Source: Pelagibacteraceae bacterium AG-426-E17
GTDB taxonomy: Bacteria; Pseudomonadota; Alphaproteobacteria; Pelagibacterales; Pelagibacteraceae
DNA length: 64,000 nt
NCBI GenBank assembly: GCA_003210095.1
Contig: QCNP01000003.1
Location: forward strand, 3,503-67,502
Reading direction: 5' to 3'
The notes under the pieces are model-generated. The model saw only the letters and a program-made list of their open reading frames with translations, had not been told where the DNA came from and ran no database searches. A program made the position numbers and the translations under genes. Every line of letters begins with the position of its first letter. Within the stretch, counting starts at the first letter, position 1. This document shows, in pieces, positions 36,986-49,435 of the stretch.

Positions 36986-39025
36986 ATGTCTAATTATGAA
37001 TACTTACTATCAGATATCAATAAAATAAATGGAGTAGGAATTAAAACAGCAAAATTATTTAAAAAAAAAAATATCAATACTGTATTTGACCTTTTATGGA
37101 GTTTACCAAGGGATTTTATTGACAGAGGAGATTTAAGAAAAATAAATGAACTTCAAGTCGGTAAGATACAAACAATTTCAATAAAAGTTTTAAAGTATAA
37201 TTTTCCTAGAATTAGAAATTTACCTAATAGAGTTATATGTGAAGATGATACAGGAAAGTTAGAATGTATTTTTTTCAATAGTTATGAGGGTTATATTAGA
37301 AAAATATTACCTCTAAATTCTAATATAATAATAAGTGGTAAAATAGGTTTTTACAAAAATAGATATCAGATAACTAATCCAACACACATAAGTGATAATA
37401 TAAATAGTATTAAAAAAATTGATACAAAATATAGTTTAACAGAAGGATTAAATGAAAAAAAATATAATAAAATAATAAATGAAGTTTTAGGTAATATTCC
37501 TCAACTGAATGAATGGCTGAGTGAAGACATTTGTAATAAATTTAATAATATAACCTGGAAAGATGCAATTATTCAATTACATGACCCAAGGAATGTCAAT
37601 AAAAAGGGTGATTTTTATGATCGCTTAGTTTTTGATGAAATATTTTCAAATTTCTTAATAAATTCAAATATTAGAAATACAATTAAAAAAACTAAAAAAA
37701 ATAAAAAAAAATTCAACTCAGATACTTTTAATGAAATAAAAAATAAAATAGATTTTGAACTTACAACTGACCAAAATAAAGCAATAAAAGAAATTAACGA
37801 TGATCTAAAATCTGAACAAAAAATGTTTAGACTTTTACAAGGCGATGTAGGGAGTGGAAAAACTATCGTTGCTCTTAGTTCAATATTAAACGTGATTGAA
37901 AGTAAATTTCAAACTGCTTTGATGGCACCCACAGAAATTTTAGCGCAACAACACTATAAATTAACAAAAAAAATATTCCCAAAGAATATACGAGTAGAAA
38001 TACTAACAAGTAAAACTGAATATAAAATAAGAAAAAAAATAATTAATAGATTGGAAAATCACTCTATCGATTTATTAATAGGCACACATTCTTTATTTCA
38101 AGAAAAATTAAATTATAAAAAATTAGGATTAATCGTTATAGATGAGCAACACAAATTTGGTGTTAAACAAAGAAAAAAGCTATCTGATAAAGGGGGAAAA
38201 AATTGTGATATTCTGGTTATGTCTGCAACTCCAATACCTAGAACAATGATAATGACTATATTTGGTGACATGGATGTTTCAATAATTAAAAAAAAACCAA
38301 AGAATAGAAAAGAAATAATTACTCTTAGTAAATTAGAAAATAAAATAGATGAGATATTATTGTTTTCAAAGAAACAGATAAAAAATGGAAATCAGATATT
38401 TTGGGTTTGTCCTTTAATTGATGAATCAAAAAAAATCGATCATCAATCTTCAATTAAAAGATACGAGTATTTAAAAAAAAATTTTTCAAATAAAGTTGGA
38501 ATACTTCATGGTAATATAGATAAGCACGAAAAAGAAAAAATACTGAATGAATTTTTAAATAAAAAAATTGATATTTTGGTTTCTACAACAGTAATAGAAG
38601 TAGGAATAGATTTTCCTAATGCTAATGTTATAATTATTGAAAACGCAAATAAATTTGGATTATCACAACTACATCAATTGAGAGGCAGAGTAGGACGTGG
38701 AGATAAGGAGGCGTTTTGTATTTTAATGTTTAAATCTAATTTAAGTGAAAATGCAAAGAAAAGAATTAAAATACTTAAAGCAAGTAATGATGGTTTTAAA
38801 ATTTCAGAGGAAGATATGAGGTTAAGAGGTTATGGAGATCTATTAGGTTTTAAGCAAAGTGGCTTACAAAGTTTTAGAATTGCTGATCCAATTTTAAATG
38901 AGGATCTTTTTCTTCTAGCAGAAAAAGAGGTAAAAAGAATAGAGTCTAAAAATGAAAGTATTAAAAAATTTATGCCCTTATTAAAATTGTATGACAGAGC
39001 TGATATTTTAAATGATTTGGTTTAA
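36986..39025 (+). CDS. recG: ATP-dependent DNA helicase RecG
   Basis: LQGDVGSGKT, DEQHKFG, MSATPIPRT, QLHQLRGRVGRG. Confidence 0.96.
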   Translation: MSNYEYLLSDINKINGVGIKTAKLFKKKNINTVFDLLWSLPRDFIDRGDLRKINELQVGKIQTISIKVLKYNFPRIRNLPNRVICEDDTGKLECIFFNSYEGYIRKILPLNSNIIISGKIGFYKNRYQITNPTHISDNINSIKKIDTKYSLTEGLNEKKYNKIINEVLGNIPQLNEWLSEDICNKFNNITWKDAIIQLHDPRNVNKKGDFYDRLVFDEIFSNFLINSNIRNTIKKTKKNKKKFNSDTFNEIKNKIDFELTTDQNKAIKEINDDLKSEQKMFRLLQGDVGSGKTIVALSSILNVIESKFQTALMAPTEILAQQHYKLTKKIFPKNIRVEILTSKTEYKIRKKIINRLENHSIDLLIGTHSLFQEKLNYKKLGLIVIDEQHKFGVKQRKKLSDKGGKNCDILVMSATPIPRTMIMTIFGDMDVSIIKKKPKNRKEIITLSKLENKIDEILLFSKKQIKNGNQIFWVCPLIDESKKIDHQSSIKRYEYLKKNFSNKVGILHGNIDKHEKEKILNEFLNKKIDILVSTTVIEVGIDFPNANVIIIENANKFGLSQLHQLRGRVGRGDKEAFCILMFKSNLSENAKKRIKILKASNDGFKISEEDMRLRGYGDLLGFKQSGLQSFRIADPILNEDLFLLAEKEVKRIESKNESIKKFMPLLKLYDRADILNDLV

Positions 39026-39633
39026 TTTGGTTCAGAAGTTCCAGCTGACACAATAAATTTAGATGCTTCCTCAAAAGACATATCTAGATAAATTATTTCA
39101 TCTTTAGGATACATAAGTAAAAAACCACTAGTAGGGTTAGGTGTTGTAGGTACAAAAACATTAATCATTTTTTTATTAATTTTTTTACTAATTTCTCCGT
39201 CGTTTTCTTTAGTTGCAAAACCTACCGCCCAAGATCCTTTTTTAGGATATTCAACTAAAACAACACTTTTTTTATCTTTGTTAGTCGAGGTAAAACTTTG
39301 AGTCATTTGACCTATAGCGGAATAAATTGTTCTTAATATTGGAATTTTTTTAAAAATTTCATTTATAAAAGTTACAACTCTTTTCCCAAAAAAAGATAGA
39401 GATATTCCGCCAACAATAATGATTAGCATTACTGATAAAAGTATTTCTAATCCAGGTATAGAAAAAGGTAAATAATTGTTTGGATTAATTTCTTTTGGAA
39501 GTAATTTCGAAGAAATTTTAACTAAAAATATTGTTAAATATAAAGTAAAACCTATTGGCACTAAAACAACAATACCCGCTAAGAAATAATTTCTTAATCT
39601 AGCAAAAATTGATATTTTTTTCTTTTGAACCAT
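39022..39633 (-). CDS. DUF502 family membrane protein
   Basis: FVPTTPNPTSGF, VLVEYP motifs. Confidence 0.88.
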   Translation of the reverse strand: MVQKKKISIFARLRNYFLAGIVVLVPIGFTLYLTIFLVKISSKLLPKEINPNNYLPFSIPGLEILLSVMLIIIVGGISLSFFGKRVVTFINEIFKKIPILRTIYSAIGQMTQSFTSTNKDKKSVVLVEYPKKGSWAVGFATKENDGEISKKINKKMINVFVPTTPNPTSGFLLMYPKDEIIYLDMSFEEASKFIVSAGTSEPN

Positions 39634-39754
39634 ATTTAATTATAAGATGAGTAAATAACGAAGATTAATCCAATAATAAACAAAAATAATAATATTTTAT
39701 TGTTTAAATTCATAATAATTACTAATAATTATATTAATACAAGAAAATATAAAA

Positions 39755-40576
39755 ATGAATAGAAGAAAATTTTTGAATGTTTTAGGCTGTGGCTGCTGGG
39801 GTTATATGGTTGCTGGCTGTGGATCTGTTCCAATTACAGAAAGACGCCAACTAAAATTAATACCAGAATCAAAATTAAATGCTCAAGCTGCAATGTTATA
39901 TGAAAAGATTAAAGAAAAAGAAACATTAAGTAAAGATACAGCTAAGTTAAATGAAATCAAAGAAATAGGAAAAAGAATGGAGGACTCAATCAGTAAATAC
40001 TTTGATTTAAAAAAAATTCCAGATCCAACAACTAATTTTCAATGGGAATATATTTTAATTGATAACAAAAAGGTTAAGAATGCATGGTGTATGCCTGGAG
40101 GTAAAATAGCTTTTTATACAGGTATGCTTGAAGTAACTAAAAATAAAAATGGATTAGCTGCAGTAATGGGGCACGAAGTAGCGCATGCAGTTGCGAAACA
40201 TTCTGTTGAGAGAGCAAGCAGGACAGCTGTATTAAGAACGAGCACGCAACTAGTGGATATTTTTACAGGGGGAAAATTATCACAAGTTAATAGAACTACT
40301 GGCATGGATACAGTAGGTTTACTATCACAACTAGGAATAATGAATCCATTTACTCGTAAACAAGAATCTGAAGCTGATTATTTAGGATTAATATTTTCGT
40401 CTTTGTCAGGTTATGATGTGCGTGAAACTGTTAAAATCTGGGAAAGAATGAAAGAGGCAAATAAGGGAAAAGAACCTCCAGAATTTATGAGTACACATCC
40501 ATCCTCTGATAGAAGAATAGAGAATATTAATGATTGGATTAATGAAGTTAGATTAGATTATCCACCTATTTTATAA
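39755..40576 (+). CDS. M48-family zinc metalloprotease (lipoprotein-like)
   Basis: NAWCMPGG, HEVAH, ESEAD, STHP. Confidence 0.9.
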   Translation: MNRRKFLNVLGCGCWGYMVAGCGSVPITERRQLKLIPESKLNAQAAMLYEKIKEKETLSKDTAKLNEIKEIGKRMEDSISKYFDLKKIPDPTTNFQWEYILIDNKKVKNAWCMPGGKIAFYTGMLEVTKNKNGLAAVMGHEVAHAVAKHSVERASRTAVLRTSTQLVDIFTGGKLSQVNRTTGMDTVGLLSQLGIMNPFTRKQESEADYLGLIFSSLSGYDVRETVKIWERMKEANKGKEPPEFMSTHPSSDRRIENINDWINEVRLDYPPIL

Positions 40577-40579
40577 ACT

Positions 40580-40655
<76 letters not shown>

Positions 40656-40705
40656 ACAAAGATTGACTTTTATAGTGATTATTTTTTAATTATCAATGCG
40701 AAATA

Positions 40706-41818
40706 TTATAACTTATTATAAAATTTCTTATAAAATTTAGAAAAAGTACCATTTTTTATATTTTTCCTGATCTCATACATAAATTCTTGATAAAAATTAA
40801 TGTTGTTTAAAGTAAGAATCATTGAACCCAACATCTCATTTGTATTAAACAAATGATTAAGATAATTTTTTGAGTATTTATTTAAATCGAAAATTTTGAC
40901 TGATTCATCTAAAGGTTTATTATCGTTTTTATATTTTGCATTTCTAATATTTATTCTACCTTTCCATGTAAATGCTAATCCTGTTCTACCAGCGCGTGTA
41001 GGTAAAACACAATCAAACATATCAACACCACGCAATACAGCACCAAGTATATCTGACGGGGTACCTACTCCCATTAAATATCTTGGTTTATGTTTCGGCA
41101 TGTAATTTTTTAAATAATTTAAAACTTTAAACATTTCTTTTTGGGAGTCACCAACAGCTAATCCACCTATTGCATATCCATCAAATCCAATTTTAATTAA
41201 TTCATTTAAGGACTTTAATCTAAGGTCATTAAATAACCCACCTTGAACAATTCCAAAGAGCGCTTTGTGTTTATTTAATCCAAACTCTTTTTTTGATCTT
41301 TTTGCCCACTGTGTTGATAAATTTACTGCTTTTAAAATTTTATCATAATTAAGTGTTTTTTTTGGGCACTCATCAAGTACCATAACTATATCTGAATTAA
41401 GTTTTTTTTGGATTTTAATACTTTCCTCAGGACTTAAAATAAATTTTTTACCGTCTACATGGGAATTAAAAATTGCTCCTTTTAATTTATCAATTTTATT
41501 TAATTTGGATAATGACATAATTTGGTAACCACCAGAGTCAGTTAAAATAGGTATTTTACAATTCATAAAATTATGTAAACCACCTGCTTTTTTAATTCTA
41601 TCGGCACCAGGTCTAATCATTAAATGATAAGTATTAGATAAAACAATTTGACTACCTGTTTTAATTACATCACTTATAAAAGATCCTTTTACAGTAGCCT
41701 GTGTTCCTACAGGCATAAATACCGGAGTATCAATAGTGCCTCTACTAGTTTGTATTTTACCTAACCTTGCGAATTTATCTTTTTTAATAACATTAAAATT
41801 AAATGTTTTTAATGCCAT
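40706..41818 (-). CDS. tgt: tRNA-guanine transglycosylase
   Basis: TPVFMPVGT, DSGGYQ, GIVQGG, DMFDCVLPTR; the C-terminal Zn-binding cysteines are not evident. Confidence 0.95.
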   Translation of the reverse strand: MALKTFNFNVIKKDKFARLGKIQTSRGTIDTPVFMPVGTQATVKGSFISDVIKTGSQIVLSNTYHLMIRPGADRIKKAGGLHNFMNCKIPILTDSGGYQIMSLSKLNKIDKLKGAIFNSHVDGKKFILSPEESIKIQKKLNSDIVMVLDECPKKTLNYDKILKAVNLSTQWAKRSKKEFGLNKHKALFGIVQGGLFNDLRLKSLNELIKIGFDGYAIGGLAVGDSQKEMFKVLNYLKNYMPKHKPRYLMGVGTPSDILGAVLRGVDMFDCVLPTRAGRTGLAFTWKGRINIRNAKYKNDNKPLDESVKIFDLNKYSKNYLNHLFNTNEMLGSMILTLNNINFYQEFMYEIRKNIKNGTFSKFYKKFYNKL

Positions 41819-41827
41819 TAAAAAAAA

Positions 41828-42379
41828 TTATTGAGATTTAAAAGATATTATTTTATCAGGTTCAGTTACAGCGCCATTATTGTTAGAGTCACCTCTTTTA
41901 ATTTTGTCAACAAACTCCATTCCACTAACAACTTTTCCAAATACTGTGTATTGTCTGTCTAAAAAAGGAGCTGCTTCAAAACAAATAAAGAATTGGCTGT
42001 TTGCACTATTTGGATTTTGTGATCTTGCCATAGACAGTGTTCCTCTTTCATGAGGTAAATTATTAAATTCAGCTTTCAAATCTGGTAGATCAGATCCTCC
42101 CATTCCCGCTCTACTCAAATTAAAATCATTACTATCAACTTTACCAAACTGTACATCACCTGTTTGTGCCATAAACCCATCTATCACTCTATGAAACACT
42201 ACTCCGTCGTATTTCCCCGAGTTTGCTAAATCTTTTATTCTTTTGACATGTTCGGGTGCTACATCATCAAATAATTCAATTTTAACATCGCCATCTTTTA
42301 ATTTTAAAATCATTATATTTTCCTCCGCTAATAAATTAGTATTTATAAATAAAAATAGTATAAAAATTAATCTAACCAT
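41828..42379 (-). CDS. Peptidyl-prolyl cis-trans isomerase (cyclophilin type)
   Basis: FHRVIDGFMAQTGD, SMAR, ANSQFFI, YTVFGKV. Confidence 0.93.
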   Translation of the reverse strand: MVRLIFILFLFINTNLLAEENIMILKLKDGDVKIELFDDVAPEHVKRIKDLANSGKYDGVVFHRVIDGFMAQTGDVQFGKVDSNDFNLSRAGMGGSDLPDLKAEFNNLPHERGTLSMARSQNPNSANSQFFICFEAAPFLDRQYTVFGKVVSGMEFVDKIKRGDSNNNGAVTEPDKIISFKSQ

Positions 42380-42866
42380 TTAATTTTAATTTTAAATGTT
42401 TTAATACACTTTTTGTAGTAAATTTATTTACATTTCCATTTAATTCTGCAATCTCTTTTACCAACTTGGATGAAATAATTTGATTTTGAGGATCGGACAT
42501 CAAAAATACGGTTTCCACTTTATCATTTAGTTTTTTGTTCATGCCAGATAGCTGAAACTCATATTCAAAATCTGAGGTTGCTCTAAGTCCCCTAAGTATA
42601 ATATTAGATTTCATTTTTTTACAAAAATCAGTTGTTAAGGTATTAAATGTTACTACTTTAATCTGTTTTTTTTTAAATTTTAGATCCTTGAAAAGAGATT
42701 TTTTAATTAAGATTTCTCTCTCTTCTGCTGAAAATAAATATTCTTTATTATTACCATCGGAAATTGCAATTATAAGATTGTCAAATATATTTAATGCTTT
42801 TTTAATTAAATCTATGTGTCCATAGGTAATTGGATCAAACGTTCCTGGATAAATAACTTTTTTCAT
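42372..42866 (-). CDS. coaD: Pantetheine-phosphate adenylyltransferase
   Basis: YPGTFDPITYGH, RGLR...DFEYE, ISSKLVKE. Confidence 0.96.
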   Translation of the reverse strand: MKKVIYPGTFDPITYGHIDLIKKALNIFDNLIIAISDGNNKEYLFSAEEREILIKKSLFKDLKFKKKQIKVVTFNTLTTDFCKKMKSNIILRGLRATSDFEYEFQLSGMNKKLNDKVETVFLMSDPQNQIISSKLVKEIAELNGNVNKFTTKSVLKHLKLKLNG

Positions 42867-45409
42867 TATACCAAGTTATCATCAATTTTGATAGCTGAAA
42901 CAACTTTTTCATCACCTGATAATCTAATTATTCTTACACCTTGTGTATTACGCCCAGCAATTCTAATTTCTTTAACCGCTACCCTTATTACTCTTCCTTT
43001 ATTTGTTGATATTAAAATTTCATCACCCTCAAAAACAGGAAAAGATGATGATACATTCCCATTTCTTGAAGAATTTACAATTCCAATTATTCCTTTGCCT
43101 CCTCTGTTAGTAACCCGGAATTCGTTGGAAGCTGTTCTTTTTCCAAAACCATTTTCTGTTACTGATAGTATAAATTTATCACCTTTTTTGCCATTTTTTG
43201 TGTCTTTATCTATAGTTGATAGAGATACAATTATATCTTTATCCTTTAAATTTATTCCTCTAATTCCCTTTGAGGACCTACCTTTAAATAACCTTATTTT
43301 TTCTACATTGAACCTTATTGATTTTCCGTTTAATGAACTAAGAATAATATCTTGATCTTCTCTACATATCTTCACACCTATAATTTTATCATCAGGATCA
43401 AGTTTCATAGCAATTTTTCCAGATGAATTTATATTTATAAAATCCTCTAAAGAATTTTTTCTAATTTTACCTTTTGAAGTAGCAAAAACGATATTAAGGT
43501 TTTTCCACTCTGACTTTTCCTCAGGTAAAGGCATTATAGAGCTTATCGATTGATGATTTTTTAAGGGTAATATGTTGTATAAAGATTTTCCTCTAGATAT
43601 AGAAGTTCCCTCTGGTATTTTCCATGCTTTTAATTTGTAAACTAATCCCTCTGTCGAAAAGAAAAGTACTGATGTGTGAGTATTAACAGATAATGTTTGA
43701 ACAACAGAGTCTTGTTCTCTTGTTTTAATACCAGATTTACCTTTACCACCTCTTTTTTGAGCTCTAACACTACTTAATGCACCTCGTTTAATATAACCTT
43801 GCAACGTGACTGTTATGATTACAGATTCTTTTTGAATAGTCTCTTCAATATCGTAATTTAGAATTGCATCAATAATTTTTGTTCTTCTTGGATTAGAATA
43901 TTTATCTTTTATTAAGTTTAAATCGTCACTAATTACTTTTAATAAAACTTTTCTCGATGATAGAATTTTTTTATATTGAGTTATTAAATCTGATAACTTC
44001 TTTATTTCAATTTCTATTTCATTTATTCCTAAAGCGGTAAGTTTTTGTAATCTAAGTTCTAATATTGAATTGACTTGTTCCTCTGATAAAGAGTAAGTGG
44101 TTACAGAATTCTTATTTTCAACTAATTTAATAAATTTTTGAGTTGTTTTGATTTTCCATTTTGTTTTAGTTAGTGTATCTTTGGCTATTTCAGGATTTTT
44201 CGAATTTCTAATTATTTTTATAATTTTATCAATATTTTCTACAGCAACTGAAAGTCCTAATAATATGTGAGCTCTGTCTTCGGCTTTTTTTAAATCAAAT
44301 TTAGTTTTTTTGGTTACAACATCTTCTCTAAATTGTAAAAAAGACTCTAAGAAATCTTTTAAGTTACAGTTTTTCGGTTTTTGATCTACTATAGCTAAGG
44401 TATTAAAGCTAAAAGAAGATTCTAATGATGTATACTTATATAACTGTCTTTTAACTGTTTCTGGCTCAGTATTTCTTTTTAAATCTATAGCTACTCTAAT
44501 ACCTTCACGGTTTGATTCATCTCTTATATCACTTATGCCATCAATTTTTTTATCTCTTATTAATTCTACAATTCTTTCATTTAATGTTGATTTATTTATT
44601 TGATAAGGAATATTCGCAATCACAAGTCTTTCCTTGCCGTTTTTAAGTTGTTCTATGTTTATATCACCTCTTATTTTAAAAGAACCTCTTCCAGTTTTAT
44701 ATCCTGTTTTAATAATATCCTTACCAATAATTGTACCTCCAGTTGGAAAATCTGGCCCAGGTATATGTTTCATTAATTCATTAATCTTAATATCTTTATT
44801 ATTTATTAAAGCTAATGTTGCATTAATAACCTCTCCAAGATTGTGCGGAGGTATACTAGTTGCCATACCTACAGCTATACCCCCAGCACCATTTACCAAT
44901 AAATTTGGATATTGAGCTGGTAAAACAACAGGTTCTTTTTCCGTTTCATCATAATTACTTTTAAAATCCACAGTATTTTTTTCAATATCATCTATTAAAA
45001 ATTGTGAAATTTTTGAAAGTTTAGTCTCTGTGTATCTCATAGCTGCAGGAGGGTCTCCATCTACTGAGCCAAAATTTCCTTGTCCATCTATTAATGGTAC
45101 ACTCATTGAAAACTCTTGAACCATTCTCACTAAAGCATCGTAAACTGCTTGATCACCATGGGGATGATATTTACCAATTACATCACCAACAATTCTTGCT
45201 GATTTTCTAAATTGTTTAGACCAATCAAAACCACCTTTGTACATAGCATATATTATTCTTCTATGAACAGGTTTTAATCCATCTCTTATATCTGGTAATG
45301 CCCTACTAACAATTACACTCATTGCATAGGATAAATAAGACGAACTCATCTCGTCATACATAGCAATAGGTTTAATATTCTTTTTCTCTTCTATTTCAGT
45401 TTTATCCAT
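42866..45409 (-). CDS. gyrA: DNA gyrase subunit A
   Basis: [28 protein letters not shown], GyrA-box QKRGGKG. Confidence 0.98.
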   Translation of the reverse strand: MDKTEIEEKKNIKPIAMYDEMSSSYLSYAMSVIVSRALPDIRDGLKPVHRRIIYAMYKGGFDWSKQFRKSARIVGDVIGKYHPHGDQAVYDALVRMVQEFSMSVPLIDGQGNFGSVDGDPPAAMRYTETKLSKISQFLIDDIEKNTVDFKSNYDETEKEPVVLPAQYPNLLVNGAGGIAVGMATSIPPHNLGEVINATLALINNKDIKINELMKHIPGPDFPTGGTIIGKDIIKTGYKTGRGSFKIRGDINIEQLKNGKERLVIANIPYQINKSTLNERIVELIRDKKIDGISDIRDESNREGIRVAIDLKRNTEPETVKRQLYKYTSLESSFSFNTLAIVDQKPKNCNLKDFLESFLQFREDVVTKKTKFDLKKAEDRAHILLGLSVAVENIDKIIKIIRNSKNPEIAKDTLTKTKWKIKTTQKFIKLVENKNSVTTYSLSEEQVNSILELRLQKLTALGINEIEIEIKKLSDLITQYKKILSSRKVLLKVISDDLNLIKDKYSNPRRTKIIDAILNYDIEETIQKESVIITVTLQGYIKRGALSSVRAQKRGGKGKSGIKTREQDSVVQTLSVNTHTSVLFFSTEGLVYKLKAWKIPEGTSISRGKSLYNILPLKNHQSISSIMPLPEEKSEWKNLNIVFATSKGKIRKNSLEDFININSSGKIAMKLDPDDKIIGVKICREDQDIILSSLNGKSIRFNVEKIRLFKGRSSKGIRGINLKDKDIIVSLSTIDKDTKNGKKGDKFILSVTENGFGKRTASNEFRVTNRGGKGIIGIVNSSRNGNVSSSFPVFEGDEILISTNKGRVIRVAVKEIRIAGRNTQGVRIIRLSGDEKVVSAIKIDDNLV

Positions 45410-45414
45410 AGGAT

Positions 45415-45855
45415 TTAAAAAGGTATATCATCGTCTAGATTAGAGTCGTTTATTTGAGATAATTCTTGGTTATTATTAGATGTGATATTTGATGAACCGC
45501 CACCACCTCCCAGCATAGTTAATGAAGAGTTATACCCTTGAATGACTATTTCAGTAGAGTATTTGTCTTGTCCTGACTGTTCATCTTTCCATTTTCTTGT
45601 CGTTAATTGCCCCTCAACGTATATTTGTGCACCTTTTTTTAAATATTGTTGAACAACATTAACTAGTCCCTCATTAAATACAACCACACGGTGCCACTCG
45701 GTTTTTTCTTTTTTTTCTCCAGTGTTTTTATCTTTCCAACTTTGGCTTGTAGCTAAACTAAGTCTAGCAACACTTTTGCCATTAACCATTTGTTTAATTT
45801 CAGGATCTGCGCCTAATCGTCCAATTAATAGTACTTTATTTAAACTTCCAGCCAT
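45415..45855 (-). CDS. ssb: Single-stranded DNA-binding protein
   Basis: [23 protein letters not shown] tail. Confidence 0.97.
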   Translation of the reverse strand: MAGSLNKVLLIGRLGADPEIKQMVNGKSVARLSLATSQSWKDKNTGEKKEKTEWHRVVVFNEGLVNVVQQYLKKGAQIYVEGQLTTRKWKDEQSGQDKYSTEIVIQGYNSSLTMLGGGGGSSNITSNNNQELSQINDSNLDDDIPF

Positions 45856-45929
45856 AATATTTTAATGATTTTATTATATCATAGAATAAGTTTGATTATT
45901 AATAATATTGAAGTAAAGCAACAAAAAAG

Positions 45930-48806
45930 ATGATTAAAAAGATAGTTATTAAAGGGGCAAAAGAACATAATTTGAGGAATATTTCTTTAGACATTCCAAA
46001 AGATAAATTTGTAGTAATAACAGGTTTATCTGGATCAGGAAAATCCTCTCTTGCTTTTGATACTATCTACGCTGAAGGTCAAAGAAGGTACGTTGAAAGC
46101 TTATCCGCTTATGCAAGACAATTTTTAGATAAAATGAAAAAACCTAAGGTTGATTTAATTGAAGGTCTAAGTCCCGCAATATCTATTGAACAAAAAAACA
46201 CATCAAAAAATCCAAGGTCGACGGTAGCAACAGTCACTGAAATTTATGATTATATGAGAGTATTGTTTGCAAGAGTTGGTATCCCCTACTCGCCATTTAC
46301 TGGTAAAGAAATAAAATCACAAACAGTAACTCAAATTGTAGATAAAATTAAAACATTACCGAAAAAAAGTACGATTTATCTTTTTTCACCAATTGTGAGA
46401 GGTCGTAAGGGTGAATATAAAAAAGAAATTTTATCTTATAAAAAAAGAGGTTTTCGAAAAATTAAGATAGACGGAAAGATTTACGATATAGATAATATAC
46501 CAGAATTAAATAAAAAAATAAAACACGAAATAGAAATATTAGTTGATAGAATAATACTAAATTCTGATTTAGGTAATCGCTTAGCTGAAAGTATTGAAAC
46601 ATCACTCAATTTGTCTAATGGTTTATTATATGTAGAGTATGAAAATGAAACATTGCCAGCTAAATTTAGAAAAAAAGAAAAAATAATATTTTCATCTAAA
46701 TTTGCATGCCCTGAAAGTGGATTTACTATAGAAGAAATTGAACCTAGATTGTTTTCATTTAATAGTCCATATGGAGCATGTGTTGAATGTGATGGTATTG
46801 GTATAAAATTAAATGTAGATCCTAATCTTGTAGTTCCAAATGAAAAAAAGACAATTGCTGAAGGTGCAATTGAACCATGGTCTAAATCAAGCTCACTATA
46901 TTATGCTCAAACTTTATCATCCATAGCAAAACACTATAACTTTTCTTTAGAGGAAAAATGGTCAAAATTACCAAAAAAAATAAAGGATATAATTTTATAT
47001 GGTTCGGATGAGGAGGAAATTAAATTTTCATACGATGATGGATATGAAAAATATTCCCATAAAAAAACATTTGAAGGTGTAGTTAACAATCTTGAAAGAA
47101 GATATTTAGAAACTGATAGTGATTGGAAAAGAGAGGAAATATCACAATACCAATCGGATACTAAATGTGAGGCTTGTAACGGGTATAGATTAAAAGAAGA
47201 AGCATTATGTGTAAAAATAGACAATCAACACATAAGTGAAATATCTGAAAAATCTATTATAGATGCTGAAAAATGGTTCAAGTCTTTAAATGAAAAATTA
47301 GATGCAAGACAAATAAAAATTGCAGAACATATTTTAAAAGAAATAAACGAAAGACTTAATTTTTTATTAAATGTTGGATTAGATTATTTAACCCTATCAA
47401 GAGAGTCAGGCACTTTATCTGGTGGAGAGTCACAAAGAATAAGATTAGCTTCACAAATTGGTTCTGGTCTAACTGGTGTACTTTATGTACTTGATGAACC
47501 ATCTATAGGACTTCACCAAAAAGACAATGTAAAATTAATTAATGCTTTAAAAAGATTAAGAGATTTAGGTAACACTGTAATTGTAGTAGAGCACGATACT
47601 GAAACAATTGAAAATTCGGATTACATCATTGACTTAGGCCCAGAGGCTGGAAGTAAAGGTGGAGAAGTTATAGCTCATGGTGGATTAGATGAAATAAAGA
47701 AAAATGATAAAAGTATAACAGGTAAATATTTATGTAATAAATTTTATATACCAATACCTAAAAAAAGAAGATTGAGTAAGAATGGAAGATTTTTACAAAT
47801 TCTTGGTGCATCAGGTAATAATCTAAAAAATGTTGATCTAAAAATTCCTTTTGGGACTTTTACTTGTATTACTGGAGTATCAGGTAGTGGTAAATCAACT
47901 TTAATTTTACAAACTTTGTTTAATGCTTTGAATATGAGTTTAAATAATAACAAATCAAGAAAAATTCCTATGCCATTTAAAGGATTTAAAGGAATTGAAC
48001 TGATAGATAAAGTAATTGATATTGATCAGTCACCAATAGGTAGAACTCCAAGATCTAACCCTGCTACTTACACGGCTGCTTTCGGACCTATTAGAGATTG
48101 GTTTACTAATTTACCAGAATCTAAAAGCAGAGGATATAAACCAGGTAGGTTTTCATTTAATGTTAAAGGCGGTCGATGTGAGGCCTGTGAAGGTGATGGT
48201 GTTATAACTTATGAAATGCATTTCCTTCCTGATGTATATGTAACATGTGATGAATGTAAAGGAAGTAGATACAATAGAGAAACTTTGGAAATTAAATTTA
48301 AAAATAAAAGTATAGCTGATGTATTAAACATGACCGTTGACGAAGGTTGTGATTTTTTTGAAAATATATCAAATATTAGATCAAAATTACTGACACTTAA
48401 AAAAGTAGGACTTGGTTATATAAAAATCGGACAACAAGCAACTACATTGTCTGGTGGAGAAGCGCAAAGAATTAAACTAGCTAAAGAATTATCTAAAAGA
48501 TCAACAGGTAGAACAGTATATATTCTAGATGAGCCTACTACAGGATTACATCAACATGACATTAAAAAGCTTCTAGAAATCTTACATACCTTTGTCGCTA
48601 CAGGTAATACAGTTATAGTTATAGAACATAATTTAGATGTAATAAAAACCGCAGATCACATTATAGATATGGGCCCTGATGGTGGTGTTAAAGGTGGAGA
48701 AATTATCGCAGAGGGAAATCCAGAGAGTATTTGCAATGTTTCTAAAAGCTATACAGGTAAATTTTTAAAAAATTTACTTAATGGTAAATTTAAAAAAATT
48801 GCATAA
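45930..48806 (+). CDS. uvrA: Excinuclease ABC subunit UvrA
   Basis: [14 protein letters not shown], two LSGGE signatures, zinc fingers. Confidence 0.98.
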   Translation: MIKKIVIKGAKEHNLRNISLDIPKDKFVVITGLSGSGKSSLAFDTIYAEGQRRYVESLSAYARQFLDKMKKPKVDLIEGLSPAISIEQKNTSKNPRSTVATVTEIYDYMRVLFARVGIPYSPFTGKEIKSQTVTQIVDKIKTLPKKSTIYLFSPIVRGRKGEYKKEILSYKKRGFRKIKIDGKIYDIDNIPELNKKIKHEIEILVDRIILNSDLGNRLAESIETSLNLSNGLLYVEYENETLPAKFRKKEKIIFSSKFACPESGFTIEEIEPRLFSFNSPYGACVECDGIGIKLNVDPNLVVPNEKKTIAEGAIEPWSKSSSLYYAQTLSSIAKHYNFSLEEKWSKLPKKIKDIILYGSDEEEIKFSYDDGYEKYSHKKTFEGVVNNLERRYLETDSDWKREEISQYQSDTKCEACNGYRLKEEALCVKIDNQHISEISEKSIIDAEKWFKSLNEKLDARQIKIAEHILKEINERLNFLLNVGLDYLTLSRESGTLSGGESQRIRLASQIGSGLTGVLYVLDEPSIGLHQKDNVKLINALKRLRDLGNTVIVVEHDTETIENSDYIIDLGPEAGSKGGEVIAHGGLDEIKKNDKSITGKYLCNKFYIPIPKKRRLSKNGRFLQILGASGNNLKNVDLKIPFGTFTCITGVSGSGKSTLILQTLFNALNMSLNNNKSRKIPMPFKGFKGIELIDKVIDIDQSPIGRTPRSNPATYTAAFGPIRDWFTNLPESKSRGYKPGRFSFNVKGGRCEACEGDGVITYEMHFLPDVYVTCDECKGSRYNRETLEIKFKNKSIADVLNMTVDEGCDFFENISNIRSKLLTLKKVGLGYIKIGQQATTLSGGEAQRIKLAKELSKRSTGRTVYILDEPTTGLHQHDIKKLLEILHTFVATGNTVIVIEHNLDVIKTADHIIDMGPDGGVKGGEIIAEGNPESICNVSKSYTGKFLKNLLNGKFKKIA

Positions 48807-48832
48807 ATAATTAATCTTTGTTATATTTAGGT

Positions 48833-49435
48833 ATGGGAAATATTTTAAGCTCTTTATCTAGAACAGTTCACATATCCTTAGCTATATCTATAGTCTTATT
48901 TTTAATACTTTTTTTTCAAAACGGAGGTTTTGATTTTGATCTTTTATTCTGGAGTTGGCTATTTAGATTTATACATGTTGTAGTAGGTATTATGTGGATA
49001 GGTTTATTATGGTATTTTAATTTTGTACAAATACCGAATATGTCTAAAATACCTGATGAACAAAAACCAGCTATAAGTAAGGTAATAGCTCCATCAGCTT
49101 TATTTTGGTTTAGATGGGCAGCTCTTGCTACTATTATTTCTGGATTAATTTTATCCTATCTTAACGGTTATCTCCATGATGCAATGACACTTGGTATAAT
49201 GTCTGGGGGTGGTAAAAGCACAGCAATTGGAATAGGAATGTGGTTTGGTATTATAATGGCTTTCAATGTATGGTTTGTAATTTGGCCAAATCAAAAGAGA
49301 GCTTTAGGTATAATAGAGGTAGATGCTGAGACAAAAGCAAAATCAGCTAAAACTGCAATGTTGTTTTCAAGAACTAATACTTTGCTATCATTGCCAATGT
49401 TACTAAGCATGGTTGCGGCTCAAAATCTTTACTAA
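48833..49435 (+). CDS. Urate hydroxylase PuuD-like membrane protein (membrane domain only)
   Basis: HVVVGIMWIGLLWYFNFVQ, ALFWFRWAA, NVWFVIWPNQK, SRTNTLLSLPML. Confidence 0.75.
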   Translation: MGNILSSLSRTVHISLAISIVLFLILFFQNGGFDFDLLFWSWLFRFIHVVVGIMWIGLLWYFNFVQIPNMSKIPDEQKPAISKVIAPSALFWFRWAALATIISGLILSYLNGYLHDAMTLGIMSGGGKSTAIGIGMWFGIIMAFNVWFVIWPNQKRALGIIEVDAETKAKSAKTAMLFSRTNTLLSLPMLLSMVAAQNLY

